IMG/VR virus record: IMGVR_UViG_3300028832_000117 | Location: 34,312-98,311 of that record | From: a virus | Taxonomy: Duplodnaviria > Caudoviricetes | Length of the DNA: 64,000 bases | Direction: 5' to 3' (one strand) | Part shown: positions 9,505 to 17,286 of the stretch, one piece after another | Layout: each line of letters opens with the position of its first letter | Numbering within the stretch: position 1 is the first letter of the stretch | Notes under the pieces: model-generated | Seen by the model: only the letters and a program-made list of their open reading frames with translations | Told to the model about the DNA's origin: nothing | Databases searched by the model: none | Translations under genes and position numbers: made by a program

Positions 9505-9821
9505 AGAACGAATGCCCGGAATCCCTGGACAAGAGATGGGACCCGCGCTGGGACGCGAGGCCGGAGCTGTTGAGGCTCGCCGGCCCCACCGTGGACCCCG
9601 ACACGATAGACAAGATACTGGACTCGATGATCCTGCTGGTGGGCGGACGCCCGAAGACCTGCTTCGTCGGGTTCGGCACGTGGACGCGCAAGCCCTACCG
9701 CCGGAAGACCCCGGACGGGCGTACGCACTCCACGATGCGCATATGCTTCAACCTGGCCGACGCCGCGAAGAAGAGGCTTTACGGCGGACGCCACATGCAG
9801 AAAGAGGAGATACAGAAATGA
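9501..9821 (+). CDS. HU/IHF-like DNA-binding protein
   Basis: CFVGFGTW...RKTPDG...RICFNLADAAKKRL matches the HU fold pattern; RBS AAGGAG. Confidence 0.65.
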   Translation: MKNECPESLDKRWDPRWDARPELLRLAGPTVDPDTIDKILDSMILLVGGRPKTCFVGFGTWTRKPYRRKTPDGRTHSTMRICFNLADAAKKRLYGGRHMQKEEIQK

Positions 9822-9976
9822 GCAAATGCTATACAGGCGTCGAGAGACGCGTAGCGATCGAGCCGAGCCTGGTCGAGTTCGTCCAGGTGGGCGATGAGGT
9901 GTACGACGTAAACGAGGTGATCGACGCCATAAGGAAGGCCGGCCTCACAAACAGGAAGAAGGGAGCGAAAGAATGA
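9818..9976 (+). CDS. Small hypothetical protein
   Basis: RBS GAGGAG; ATGA coupling at both ends. Confidence 0.6.
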   Translation: MSKCYTGVERRVAIEPSLVEFVQVGDEVYDVNEVIDAIRKAGLTNRKKGAKE

Positions 9977-10500
9977 AGAAGACTACAGACGGCAAGGTCG
10001 TCAAGGGCAAGCTGATCGCCGAGAAGGAGGTCACCCTGCCGAACGGACAGAACGTGAAGGTCAAGCTCGTGGACTGCACCGAGCCGAAGACCCCCAAGGT
10101 GCCCAAGGCAGCCTGGGGCACTGCGGAGTTCGCGGACGAGTTCAGTTACTTCGAGGCGCCCAAGGCCCTGCAGGCCAGGGTGCGCAAGGTGCTCGACAAG
10201 TCCGTCACGGACCTCATCGACACCGTGGAGGCCGTGGGTTCCCGCGGAGCCTGCGCGGTCGAGTTCTGGAACCGCATGGTGCGCCTCGGGGAGCTGGACA
10301 GGCTCGTCAAGCCTGTGGCCAAGCTTGCCATAGTGAACGCGAACGCGGCCATCGACACCCTCGGGATCAACCTTCTCGTGATGGTGCGCGAGCTCGTCAG
10401 CGTGAACCTCAAGGCCGAGTGGACCAAGAAGGACACCAAGAAGGATACCAAAAAGAAAGCCAAGAAGGTTGAGAAACCCGCCACGAAGAAAGGAGAGTGA
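9973..10500 (+). CDS. Hypothetical protein with Lys-rich tail
   Basis: Coupled start, RBS, phage-like codon use. Confidence 0.7.
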   Translation: MKKTTDGKVVKGKLIAEKEVTLPNGQNVKVKLVDCTEPKTPKVPKAAWGTAEFADEFSYFEAPKALQARVRKVLDKSVTDLIDTVEAVGSRGACAVEFWNRMVRLGELDRLVKPVAKLAIVNANAAIDTLGINLLVMVRELVSVNLKAEWTKKDTKKDTKKKAKKVEKPATKKGE

Positions 10501-10503
10501 CCC

Positions 10504-10740
10504 ATGCGTCTCATACACATAGAAGTCGTATCCGGCGAGCGCAAGTCCGTCCCGAACAGCTTCACACCCCCGAAGCCGAAACCCGCAGCGAAGAAGGATT
10601 CCCCGCTCCTCACGGTGCGCTCGGACCTCGCCGAAGTCAGGGAAGCCCTGCTTGAGGGCAGCGACAGGAAGGCCCTGAGCCTGGTGGACTATACGCTCGA
10701 CTGCATCGACGAATACATCACCGAGGGAGGGCAGGTCTGA
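10504..10740 (+). CDS. Hypothetical protein
   Basis: RBS AAGGAG; tight operon packing. Confidence 0.65.
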   Translation: MRLIHIEVVSGERKSVPNSFTPPKPKPAAKKDSPLLTVRSDLAEVREALLEGSDRKALSLVDYTLDCIDEYITEGGQV

Positions 10741-11012
10741 TGGCCGGCGGATCCATCAAAGTCGCGCTCACGGAGGATTGGGTGAACCCGATCGGCGGGT
10801 TCAACGAAGTCGTCGACGTCGAACGCGCCTATAAATGGATAGCGAACGCTGCGGCGTCGGGCCCGTACCGCAAGGCGGGCTACAACCGCAGCATCTTCGA
10901 ACCCAAGACGAAGAGCATCGTCGTGGACTTCGGCGACTACCGTACGTTCGGCCTCATCCGGTTCGAGACTATAGACGACATGTACGCCAAGACGAAGGAG
11001 AGCCCCTCATGA
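10740..11012 (+). CDS. Hypothetical protein
   Basis: TGATG coupling; RBS GGAGG. Confidence 0.65.
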   Translation: MAGGSIKVALTEDWVNPIGGFNEVVDVERAYKWIANAAASGPYRKAGYNRSIFEPKTKSIVVDFGDYRTFGLIRFETIDDMYAKTKESPS

Positions 11013-11653
11013 TGGAGATCGTGGACGAACTCGTGACCCCCGGCTGTCCACAGTGCGCCGTCAAGCACCTGAGCGCCGCCGTCGCGTACATCGCGGACGG
11101 CGAAGCCCAGACCAATCACGTGCCCAGCATCGTGATCGGCACCTACATGGCGCGTGCCCTCATCAACCTCGTCGAGACGATGGAAGGCTACAATACGCAC
11201 TTCGACTTCGCGATCGGCCTCCTCCAGAGGGCCGAGGAGCTCGCAGCATCGGAGGAGGGCTCGTCCGCGAGGCTCTTCATGTACGCAGCGAGGTCCATCC
11301 GCGTCAAACTGATCGCGGCGGGGCCCAAGGATGACGCGATAGGTTCGGCGATCACGAGCCTCGAGGCGTCTGTCGATCGTGCATGCATGGCCCTCGGGCA
11401 CATAAGGGAGGCGATGCGCGAACTGCCCGGTCGCGGAATCGACCTGACGCTTGACGTGAAGTGCCTCGCCAACATGATCGCCAAGATCCGTGACGAATAC
11501 CTTCTCGAGCCGGACGCCACGACGGCGCCGGTCGACGGGAACAAACCAGCCACAGAAGGAGAAACCGACATGGCTATGAAGAAGAAAGCAGGCTGCAAGG
11601 GTACGACCAAGTGCGCCTGCAAGGGTGGCAAGACCGCCAAGAAGGGCAAGTAA
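11009..11653 (+). CDS. Hypothetical protein (CxxCxxKH motif; Lys/Cys-rich C-terminal peptide)
   Basis: Start ATG 11009 after AAGGAG. Confidence 0.65.
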   Translation: MMEIVDELVTPGCPQCAVKHLSAAVAYIADGEAQTNHVPSIVIGTYMARALINLVETMEGYNTHFDFAIGLLQRAEELAASEEGSSARLFMYAARSIRVKLIAAGPKDDAIGSAITSLEASVDRACMALGHIREAMRELPGRGIDLTLDVKCLANMIAKIRDEYLLEPDATTAPVDGNKPATEGETDMAMKKKAGCKGTTKCACKGGKTAKKGK

Positions 11654-11751
11654 GCCCCAGGCCCGGGCGGAGGGAGTTTCCACCTCTTTCGCACCTCCGC
11701 CCGGCGCCTTCAAGAACCGCGAAATGGTGGAACCTAAGGAGAGCAATCAAG

Positions 11752-12102
11752 ATGGAAAAGACAGACAAGAAGCCGGTCGAGAAGACCGCACCGAAGTGGG
11801 GCACGAAGGAGTGGATCGCGGCATACCCGTGGTCCAAGATGGACCGCAAGCGCAAGCGTCGCGTCATCGCCGCGCTGTCTAAGGAGCGCGGAGACCTCCT
11901 CACACAGGACGCGGGCAAGGTCACGTTCCTCCACGCGTGCATGGCCAATACGTTGTTCGAGTCGAAGAAGACCATAGAGCGCGTGTGCAAGCTGTTGGAC
12001 ACGATCGACGCTTCGGCGGTGAAGGTCCTGGACGCGGTGGTCGCTGCGTGGCTCACGGAGGCCTGGGGCCTCTGGACGGACGCCGCGAAAGGCAAGAAGT
12101 AA
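11752..12102 (+). CDS. Hypothetical protein
   Basis: RBS AAGGAG before ATG 11752. Confidence 0.65.
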   Translation: MEKTDKKPVEKTAPKWGTKEWIAAYPWSKMDRKRKRRVIAALSKERGDLLTQDAGKVTFLHACMANTLFESKKTIERVCKLLDTIDASAVKVLDAVVAAWLTEAWGLWTDAAKGKK

Positions 12103-12113
12103 GGAGGAAGCCG

Positions 12114-12389
12114 ATGCCGCGTGTCACGACTACGGATCTGGCGGGCAGGGATGTGTACTCCGTTCGCCGCTACTGCGTGAAGTGCCACGCGGTGTCGCGC
12201 CTCCGCCGTCGGGCCAAAAGGTGCCCGGTGTGCGGGGAGCTTCTCGTACTTACCAAGGAGACCCAGGGCCGGTGGAGCAACCCGTTCTACAGGCCCGAGG
12301 TCACCGGAGAACCACCGATGAAGATAGAGCAACCATGGCTGCCGGGGCTCGAGCCCGGGGAGGACGGACAGGATGTGCGTTCTCGCTGA
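12114..12389 (+). CDS. Zinc-ribbon protein
   Basis: CVKC...CPVCG; RBS AAGGAGG. Confidence 0.65.
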   Translation: MPRVTTTDLAGRDVYSVRRYCVKCHAVSRLRRRAKRCPVCGELLVLTKETQGRWSNPFYRPEVTGEPPMKIEQPWLPGLEPGEDGQDVRSR

Positions 12390-12465
12390 CACGATAAGCG
12401 ACTGGGAGTTCGCGATCCTTCTGGTCGCCGGACTCCTCCTTGTTCTCATATCGGAGAGCAGGTGA
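12373..12465 (+). CDS. 30-aa membrane peptide (MCVLADTISDWEFAILLVAGLLLVLISESR), not in the ORF track
   Basis: Fills the gap between neighbours; one hydrophobic helix; GTGA-coupled to the next ORF. Confidence 0.4.
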   Translation: MCVLADTISDWEFAILLVAGLLLVLISESR

Positions 12466-12659
12466 CCGATACGCGAAGCAAGCTCGACGCCGCATACGCA
12501 GAGGTCATGTCGAGACCTTTGACGCCTGATGAACTGAAAGGTTTCATAAAAACTGAAAAGAAGACAAAACAGGTCCGACCTTACGTAAGTGTGGGTATCG
12601 CAAGACACCGCGAGAAACGCGGACCGAAGGTCGAACTCGGAGTGAAAGGAACATTCTGA
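12462..12659 (+). CDS. Small hypothetical protein
   Basis: RBS GGAG; operon packing. Confidence 0.5.
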   Translation: MTDTRSKLDAAYAEVMSRPLTPDELKGFIKTEKKTKQVRPYVSVGIARHREKRGPKVELGVKGTF

Positions 12660-12661
12660 CC

Positions 12662-12976
12662 ATGACGATAGAAGAACTGAAGACACAGCTGACGGAGGAG
12701 TCAGCACTACTCGTGGCGGAGACCCAGAAGGTCGTCGATCTCATCACCGAGGCCGCCGCGGTAACCGCGGATGGCATGGAGGTCGCGAGCTTCTCGACCG
12801 CCAGGATGCTGATGGACGGACTCAATGCAAGGCTGTCCGGTGCGGACCTCAAGAGCCTGGCAGGTGCGGCAAACGCGATCGCCCGTCTCGCCAAGGAGAC
12901 CGTGGAGTCCAAGGGAACCCCTGAGCCCGTCGAAAAACCCGTGAAGCCCGCGAGGCCGATGAGGACCGATGTCTGA
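12662..12976 (+). CDS. Hypothetical protein
   Basis: RBS AAGGA; helical. Confidence 0.6.
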   Translation: MTIEELKTQLTEESALLVAETQKVVDLITEAAAVTADGMEVASFSTARMLMDGLNARLSGADLKSLAGAANAIARLAKETVESKGTPEPVEKPVKPARPMRTDV

Positions 12977-13259
12977 CGGGTTCTACATAAAGCCCCTGCG
13001 CGGAACGGTCATCATCCATGACGACCAGCCGGAGACCACGGTGGGCGGGGTCGCCATTCCGGACACGGTGTTCGGATGCAGGCACCTCGACTTCACCGTG
13101 GTCGCCGTGAACCCCGAGGACAAGCTCGACTTCGGGGTCGGCTCGGTCGTCATACTGGACGATCCGAACGTCGCAGGGGACATGAACCACAGGAGGATGA
13201 TGGACGGCGTGGTGTACCGCGCCGTCCCCGTCGAACACATAATCGGAGTGAAGGAATGA
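12969..13259 (+). CDS. groES: GroES/Cpn10-like co-chaperonin
   Basis: IKPLRGTVII...ETTVGGVAIPD...VVAV...VGSVVI...HIIGV; 96 aa. Confidence 0.8.
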   Translation: MSDGFYIKPLRGTVIIHDDQPETTVGGVAIPDTVFGCRHLDFTVVAVNPEDKLDFGVGSVVILDDPNVAGDMNHRRMMDGVVYRAVPVEHIIGVKE

Positions 13260-13618
13260 ACACGATAATGCTTATGTTGCTCGGACACCTGGTGTCCGAC
13301 TATACCCTCCAGGGATGGCTGGCGGACGCCAAGCAGAGAAACTGGTGGGCGGTCCGCACGTCGGAGCTTCCTGCCGAATCGAAGGTACTATACCGGCACG
13401 ATTGGATGGCGGGGCTTGCGTGCCATGCGCTGTACTGGTCGCTGGTGACCTTCCTTCCCCTGTACGGACATCCGGCATGGTGGGTAATCGTACTGTCGCA
13501 GGCGTCGGTTCATGCAGTGGTCGACCATCTGAAGTGCAATGCGCACCGCATCAACCTGTGGCAGGATCAGCTTCTGCATCTCCTGCAGATCCTTGTGGCG
13601 TATTGGCTTTTCGTCTGA
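13256..13618 (+). CDS. DUF3307-like membrane protein
   Basis: HLVSDYTLQ, HALYW, HAVVDHLK, DQLLH. Confidence 0.75.
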   Translation: MNTIMLMLLGHLVSDYTLQGWLADAKQRNWWAVRTSELPAESKVLYRHDWMAGLACHALYWSLVTFLPLYGHPAWWVIVLSQASVHAVVDHLKCNAHRINLWQDQLLHLLQILVAYWLFV

Positions 13619-13635
13619 ACGGGGAGGACCGGGAA

Positions 13636-14022
13636 ATGATACTCAACGTGATTTCGATGATCGCAGCGGCGGCAGGGTGCTTCGCTCTCGGGGCCTCCAT
13701 AGGGTACCGGCGCGGGCGCATCCGCGGATACAGGGCCGGCCGTATCGCGACGTACGACGAAAAGGAGTTCCTGCCCCTGCTGCAGACGATCCACAGATAT
13801 GTGGATCTGATGCGGGAGCAGTTCACGTATGTACTGTACCGCTGCGGAGCCGACGCCCTCAATGGAGTGTCCTGCAGCGACCAGGGCTATGTGTTCGCCG
13901 ACCGCGTGATACGCATGTTGTGGTCCCGCACGGTTGGCGAGGCGGACAGGGCGTACCACGAGCTCAAGGAGAAGCGCGACGCTCTCGTGACGTACGTGAA
14001 CAAGGAGGAGCCGTTCCTGTGA
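13636..14022 (+). CDS. Hypothetical protein with N-terminal TM helix
   Basis: RBS GGAGG; hydrophobic N-terminus followed by GYRRG. Confidence 0.6.
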   Translation: MILNVISMIAAAAGCFALGASIGYRRGRIRGYRAGRIATYDEKEFLPLLQTIHRYVDLMREQFTYVLYRCGADALNGVSCSDQGYVFADRVIRMLWSRTVGEADRAYHELKEKRDALVTYVNKEEPFL

Positions 14023-14213
14023 TCAACCCGTCCATATACCCCGAACTCCCCGTGAGCTGCGGCGTGTGCAGACGCACGCTCGGGAAAGACGAGAAGATCT
14101 ACTGGCTGTGGATCCGCGCTCCATATGACTCGTGGGGGACCGGCGTGTGCCGCGCCTGCCACGAGAAGCACGGAGACGAGGCGAACATAAAGGACCTGCA
14201 CCATGAAGGGTAG
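14019..14213 (+). CDS. Small zinc-finger protein
   Basis: CGVC...CRAC; RBS AAGGAGGAG, GTG start. Confidence 0.55.
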   Translation: MINPSIYPELPVSCGVCRRTLGKDEKIYWLWIRAPYDSWGTGVCRACHEKHGDEANIKDLHHEG

Positions 14214-14847
14214 GACATATATCCACTACATGACTGCGCATCCGTTCAGGCGGATGGTGGTCACGATCGTGGGCGATCCGACCGCTGGGCTCGACCGTGC
14301 GGGACGGTTGCTGGGACTCGCGGACATGGAGGGGTTCAAGGCCCATATGGATCCGAAGACGATGTACGACGGAACCCTGGGCAAGCAGCCGTTCTGCCTG
14401 TGCGGACGCACGGTCTTCGACGACCGTGACGTGGTCATATGGTTTCCGAGGTTCCCGTATCCGTCCACGCTCGTGCACGAGCTCGAGCACGCCAAGGACT
14501 ACATATTGGGGGCGTCCGGCGTCAAGGACACCGAAGGCGAGGTGGACGCGTACATGCTGGGCGAGCTGTGCCGCCATTTTTTCCGCATGTTCGAGATCGA
14601 CGTGCGCAAATCAACGAAAGGAAGACTGACATGGTCGGAAGGAGCAACACATGAGCTGGAACAAGAAGATGCACACGCCGGAGTCGGCGAAGGGGATGTT
14701 CGACGGAAGGACCAAGGCGTCCCTCCGGGCGGAGCAGTCCAGGCTGAGGGCGAAGGACACGAGGACGGCGGCCGAGCAGAAAAGGCTCAGGCGCGTCAAC
14801 TTCGCGCTCCGCGCCAAGAACGACTTCGGAAAGGCGAAGTGACATGA
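14203..14847 (+). CDS. Zincin-like (HExxH) metallopeptidase-fold protein
   Basis: TLVHELEH...EVDAYML. Confidence 0.65.
   Translation: MKGRTYIHYMTAHPFRRMVVTIVGDPTAGLDRAGRLLGLADMEGFKAHMDPKTMYDGTLGKQPFCLCGRTVFDDRDVVIWFPRFPYPSTLVHELEHAKDYILGASGVKDTEGEVDAYMLGELCRHFFRMFEIDVRKSTKGRLTWSEGATHELEQEDAHAGVGEGDVRRKDQGVPPGGAVQAEGEGHEDGGRAEKAQARQLRAPRQERLRKGEVT
14651..14842 (+). CDS. Small basic protein overlapping the previous ORF
   Basis: RBS AAGGAG; protein-like composition. Confidence 0.55.
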   Translation: MSWNKKMHTPESAKGMFDGRTKASLRAEQSRLRAKDTRTAAEQKRLRRVNFALRAKNDFGKAK

Positions 14848-15086
14848 GGCGCAAGATAATGATAATCGTCGAAGACGACGAGCAGCCGGCGACCAACAAG
14901 GGCTGGCCGGACAGGCAACCGGGGCTTCCTTCGATGCCCTGGGTGCCTGTCAACCCGTGCGGGGAAGAGGAGCCGTACGACCCCTGCAGGAACTGTCCGA
15001 ACCGGGGAAAGGGTGCGTGCCTGTGCGCGCTGCCGGCCATGTTCGGGCCGAACAGGATAACCTGTTCCTCCACCACAGCCGGGTGA
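14844..15086 (+). CDS. Small Cys-rich protein
   Basis: CRNCPN...CLCALP; last gene before the terminator. Confidence 0.55.
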   Translation: MRRKIMIIVEDDEQPATNKGWPDRQPGLPSMPWVPVNPCGEEEPYDPCRNCPNRGKGACLCALPAMFGPNRITCSSTTAG

Positions 15087-15092
15087 CAGAAG

Positions 15093-15125
15093 AAACCCTC
15101 GGGCCTCTTTCAGCCCGAGGGTTTT
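15093..15125. terminator. Bidirectional terminator between the converging arms
   Basis: AAACCCTCGGGC-8 nt-GCCCGAGGGTTT(T). Confidence 0.85.
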
Positions 15126-15213
15126 GCCTCCTGTTTCGCAGGGCTCTCCCGGCTCGGAGGCGCTCCTGTCAATGAAGGGTAAATGCACTCGAAACCCCGT
15201 CCCTGCGTAAATC

Positions 15214-15897
15214 CTATTCCATGTCCTTGAGGCAGCCCGTGAGGACGGCGCCGTACATGAACTGCCGCTCGAACGCAGGCCATGCGACGCGGGCGAATCC
15301 GCCTTTGCCCCATTCCACGCCCCACGAGTTCTGCACCCAGCAGCCCGTCTGGTCGTAGCCTACCGCCTGGACGGCGTGACCGCCGATGTAGCGTGCGTTC
15401 AGCGAGGAGATGTCCTCCTTGCCCTTGTACCATTCGTCCGTGATGTTGAGCCCGACGAGGCAGCAGTTGTACCTGTGGATCGCGGACTTGACGTCGAACG
15501 GCGAGACGAGCGTGCAGACGCGGCACTTGTCGCGGCTGAACACCCCGTGCTCCAGAAGCGCCGTCAGTATCGCCGTGAGCGTCGTACCGTCGCCCTTGGG
15601 GTTCCCGTCGATCGACTTGGCGTACTCGTAGAGCTTCTTGGGGTCGATGTCGTCCGGTATGTGTCCGTCTATGCGCCACTTGATGTTCTCGGCCATGGAC
15701 GTCGCGGAGTACGCGGCGCACATGGGCGTCGACCCCTGGTCCTCCGTGTGAGTGGCGCTCGAGAGGCACAGGACCGAGAGCGGCACTGCGCGGGTGCGGC
15801 CCCGGAGGACGCTCCCCAGAAGACGGTCGGCCTTCGGGAACTTGCAGAATCCGACACGGTGCGTATCGGGATCGAACTTCGGTTTGAAAAGACCCAT
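15214..15897 (-). CDS. Papain-like cysteine peptidase (C1A)
   Basis: DQGSTPMCAAYS (Gln/Cys), GGHAVQAVGY (His), QNSWGVEWG (Asn). Confidence 0.9.
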   Translation of the reverse strand: MGLFKPKFDPDTHRVGFCKFPKADRLLGSVLRGRTRAVPLSVLCLSSATHTEDQGSTPMCAAYSATSMAENIKWRIDGHIPDDIDPKKLYEYAKSIDGNPKGDGTTLTAILTALLEHGVFSRDKCRVCTLVSPFDVKSAIHRYNCCLVGLNITDEWYKGKEDISSLNARYIGGHAVQAVGYDQTGCWVQNSWGVEWGKGGFARVAWPAFERQFMYGAVLTGCLKDME

Positions 15898-16028
15898 CAG
15901 TCTGTTCCTTCCGTTTGCATGATTATGGTACCGTCGGAGAGTTCGCATCCGACCGGGATGTCGACGACAGCCGGCCGCGGTGTGACGCAGCCGGCCGTGA
16001 GAAGGACGAGGAGGACGGTCAGTCGCAC
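15897..16028 (-). CDS. 43-aa lipoprotein (MRLTVLLVLLTAGC...), o-spanin-like; not in the ORF track
   Basis: RBS GAGGAG, GTG start, lipobox LTAG-C, TGATG coupling to the peptidase. Confidence 0.65.
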   Translation of the reverse strand: MRLTVLLVLLTAGCVTPRPAVVDIPVGCELSDGTIIMQTEGTD

Positions 16029-16153
16029 GGCGGCATCTCCTCGTCCGTGAACCTGGGTTCACGCTCCTTCCGGAAACCGGGTACCCCCGGTTTCCGGAGT
16101 TTCCTCGGCTTCCAGCCGCGGGCTTTCTGCCCGGGTTTCCACTTGCCGCCCAC
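16019..16153 (-). CDS. 44-aa basic peptide (MGGKWKPGQKARGWKPRKLRKPG...), not in the ORF track
   Basis: Fills the gap between neighbours; GAGG upstream of GTG; region is also hairpin-rich. Confidence 0.35.
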   Translation of the reverse strand: MGGKWKPGQKARGWKPRKLRKPGVPGFRKEREPRFTDEEMPPCD

Positions 16154-16163
16154 GGTCAGCGCC

Positions 16164-16559
16164 TCAGGACTTGACGACGAAGGTCCCGTCGGGGGCCTTC
16201 ACCATATCGACGCAGGACTCGTCGTCCGGGGACATCCACGCGGCGTACGCCTCGTTGTATCCGGCGATGACTCCGGCGAGCTCCTCCTTGGTGACCTCGA
16301 GGTCCTGGAGCGCCGAGACGACCTTCTCCACCGCAAGGACGGTCAGCGCGTACGCCGCCTGCCACTTGACGGGGATGAATACCTTCACGACCGTGAGGAC
16401 CGAGAGGACCTTCAGCGCGAAGTTGAGCGTCGCGCGTATCTTGTCCTTCGTCGGATCCGCAAGGCCCGCCACGCGCTCCTTGAGGAGCGTGAGCCCGTAG
16501 TCCGCCAGATCCACGAACTTGCCGCGGATCACGTACCAGAACACCTTCAGTTTGCTCAT
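16164..16559 (-). CDS. Membrane protein, holin-like
   Basis: Hydrophobic segments; position in the lysis-like cassette. Confidence 0.5.
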   Translation of the reverse strand: MSKLKVFWYVIRGKFVDLADYGLTLLKERVAGLADPTKDKIRATLNFALKVLSVLTVVKVFIPVKWQAAYALTVLAVEKVVSALQDLEVTKEELAGVIAGYNEAYAAWMSPDDESCVDMVKAPDGTFVVKS

Positions 16560-16581
16560 GTCTTTGTTCCTTCTCCGGAGG

Positions 16582-16971
16582 TCAGTCGACCCCCTGTGAT
16601 TTGTTTACGACGGCCAGAAGCCACCCGATGAGGCCCGAGCCTCCCGCGGCGGCCGTCCAGCCGAGAATCTTGAGGAGGAGCACGGCGCCGGAGGCGCGGA
16701 GCTTGCTCTCCTGGTACTCCTTCACCACCGGGCCGTGCTCCTCGAGAACCGTCTTGCGGATCTGGCGTATGTCGTCGCGGACGTTGTCCAGCTCGGACTC
16801 GAAGGAATGGTCCTTCTCGGCCATGTCCTTCACGCGCTCCGCCGTCTTGCGCTGGCAGTCCACCAGCGATATGACCGCATGGCCCATGGCGCGGAGTATG
16901 CGCTTGTCGTCGTTGGCCTGAACGGCCTCGTTGTACTCGCGGTCGATCATCTCCTGCTGTTCGCGTGTCAT
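16582..16971 (-). CDS. Coiled-coil protein with C-terminal TM (holin/XhlA-like)
   Basis: Coiled coil followed by GAVLLLKILGWTAAAGGSGLIGWLL; RBS GGAG. Confidence 0.55.
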   Translation of the reverse strand: MTREQQEMIDREYNEAVQANDDKRILRAMGHAVISLVDCQRKTAERVKDMAEKDHSFESELDNVRDDIRQIRKTVLEEHGPVVKEYQESKLRASGAVLLLKILGWTAAAGGSGLIGWLLAVVNKSQGVD

Positions 16972-16991
16972 AAGCGCACACTCCCTTCAGG

Positions 16992-17132
16992 TCATGCCCC
17001 GGGCTGTATCTCGGCCAGGAGCTCGCGGTACTGTTCGTCCGTGAGCCTGCCCGCCGCGAAGAATACGTCGAGCATCGCCGCCGTGAGCTTGCCGCGCTTG
17101 GCGAGCTGCTTGCAGAGTTCGTATGTGGTCAT
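16992..17132 (-). CDS. XkdX-like small phage protein
   Basis: LDVFFAAGRLTDEQYRELL; 46 aa; RBS AAGGA. Confidence 0.65.
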   Translation of the reverse strand: MTTYELCKQLAKRGKLTAAMLDVFFAAGRLTDEQYRELLAEIQPGA

Positions 17133-17148
17133 GGTTGTCGTCCTTTCT

Positions 17149-17286
17149 TTAGTTGATTCCAAGTTCGATGAGGCACAGACGGTATTCCTGGTCCGCGCAC
17201 GTGTCGAGGAGCGTGTCCTCCAGCTGGCTTGCCGCACACGCTAGCGCGTACTCAAGCAGCTTCCGTTCTCTGATGTCGAGTTCCAT
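17149..17286 (-). CDS. 45-aa phage protein (MELDIRE...DQEYRLCLIELGIN), not in the ORF track
   Basis: RBS AAGGAG; EYRL..IELG pattern of small post-fibre proteins. Confidence 0.6.
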   Translation of the reverse strand: MELDIRERKLLEYALACAASQLEDTLLDTCADQEYRLCLIELGIN

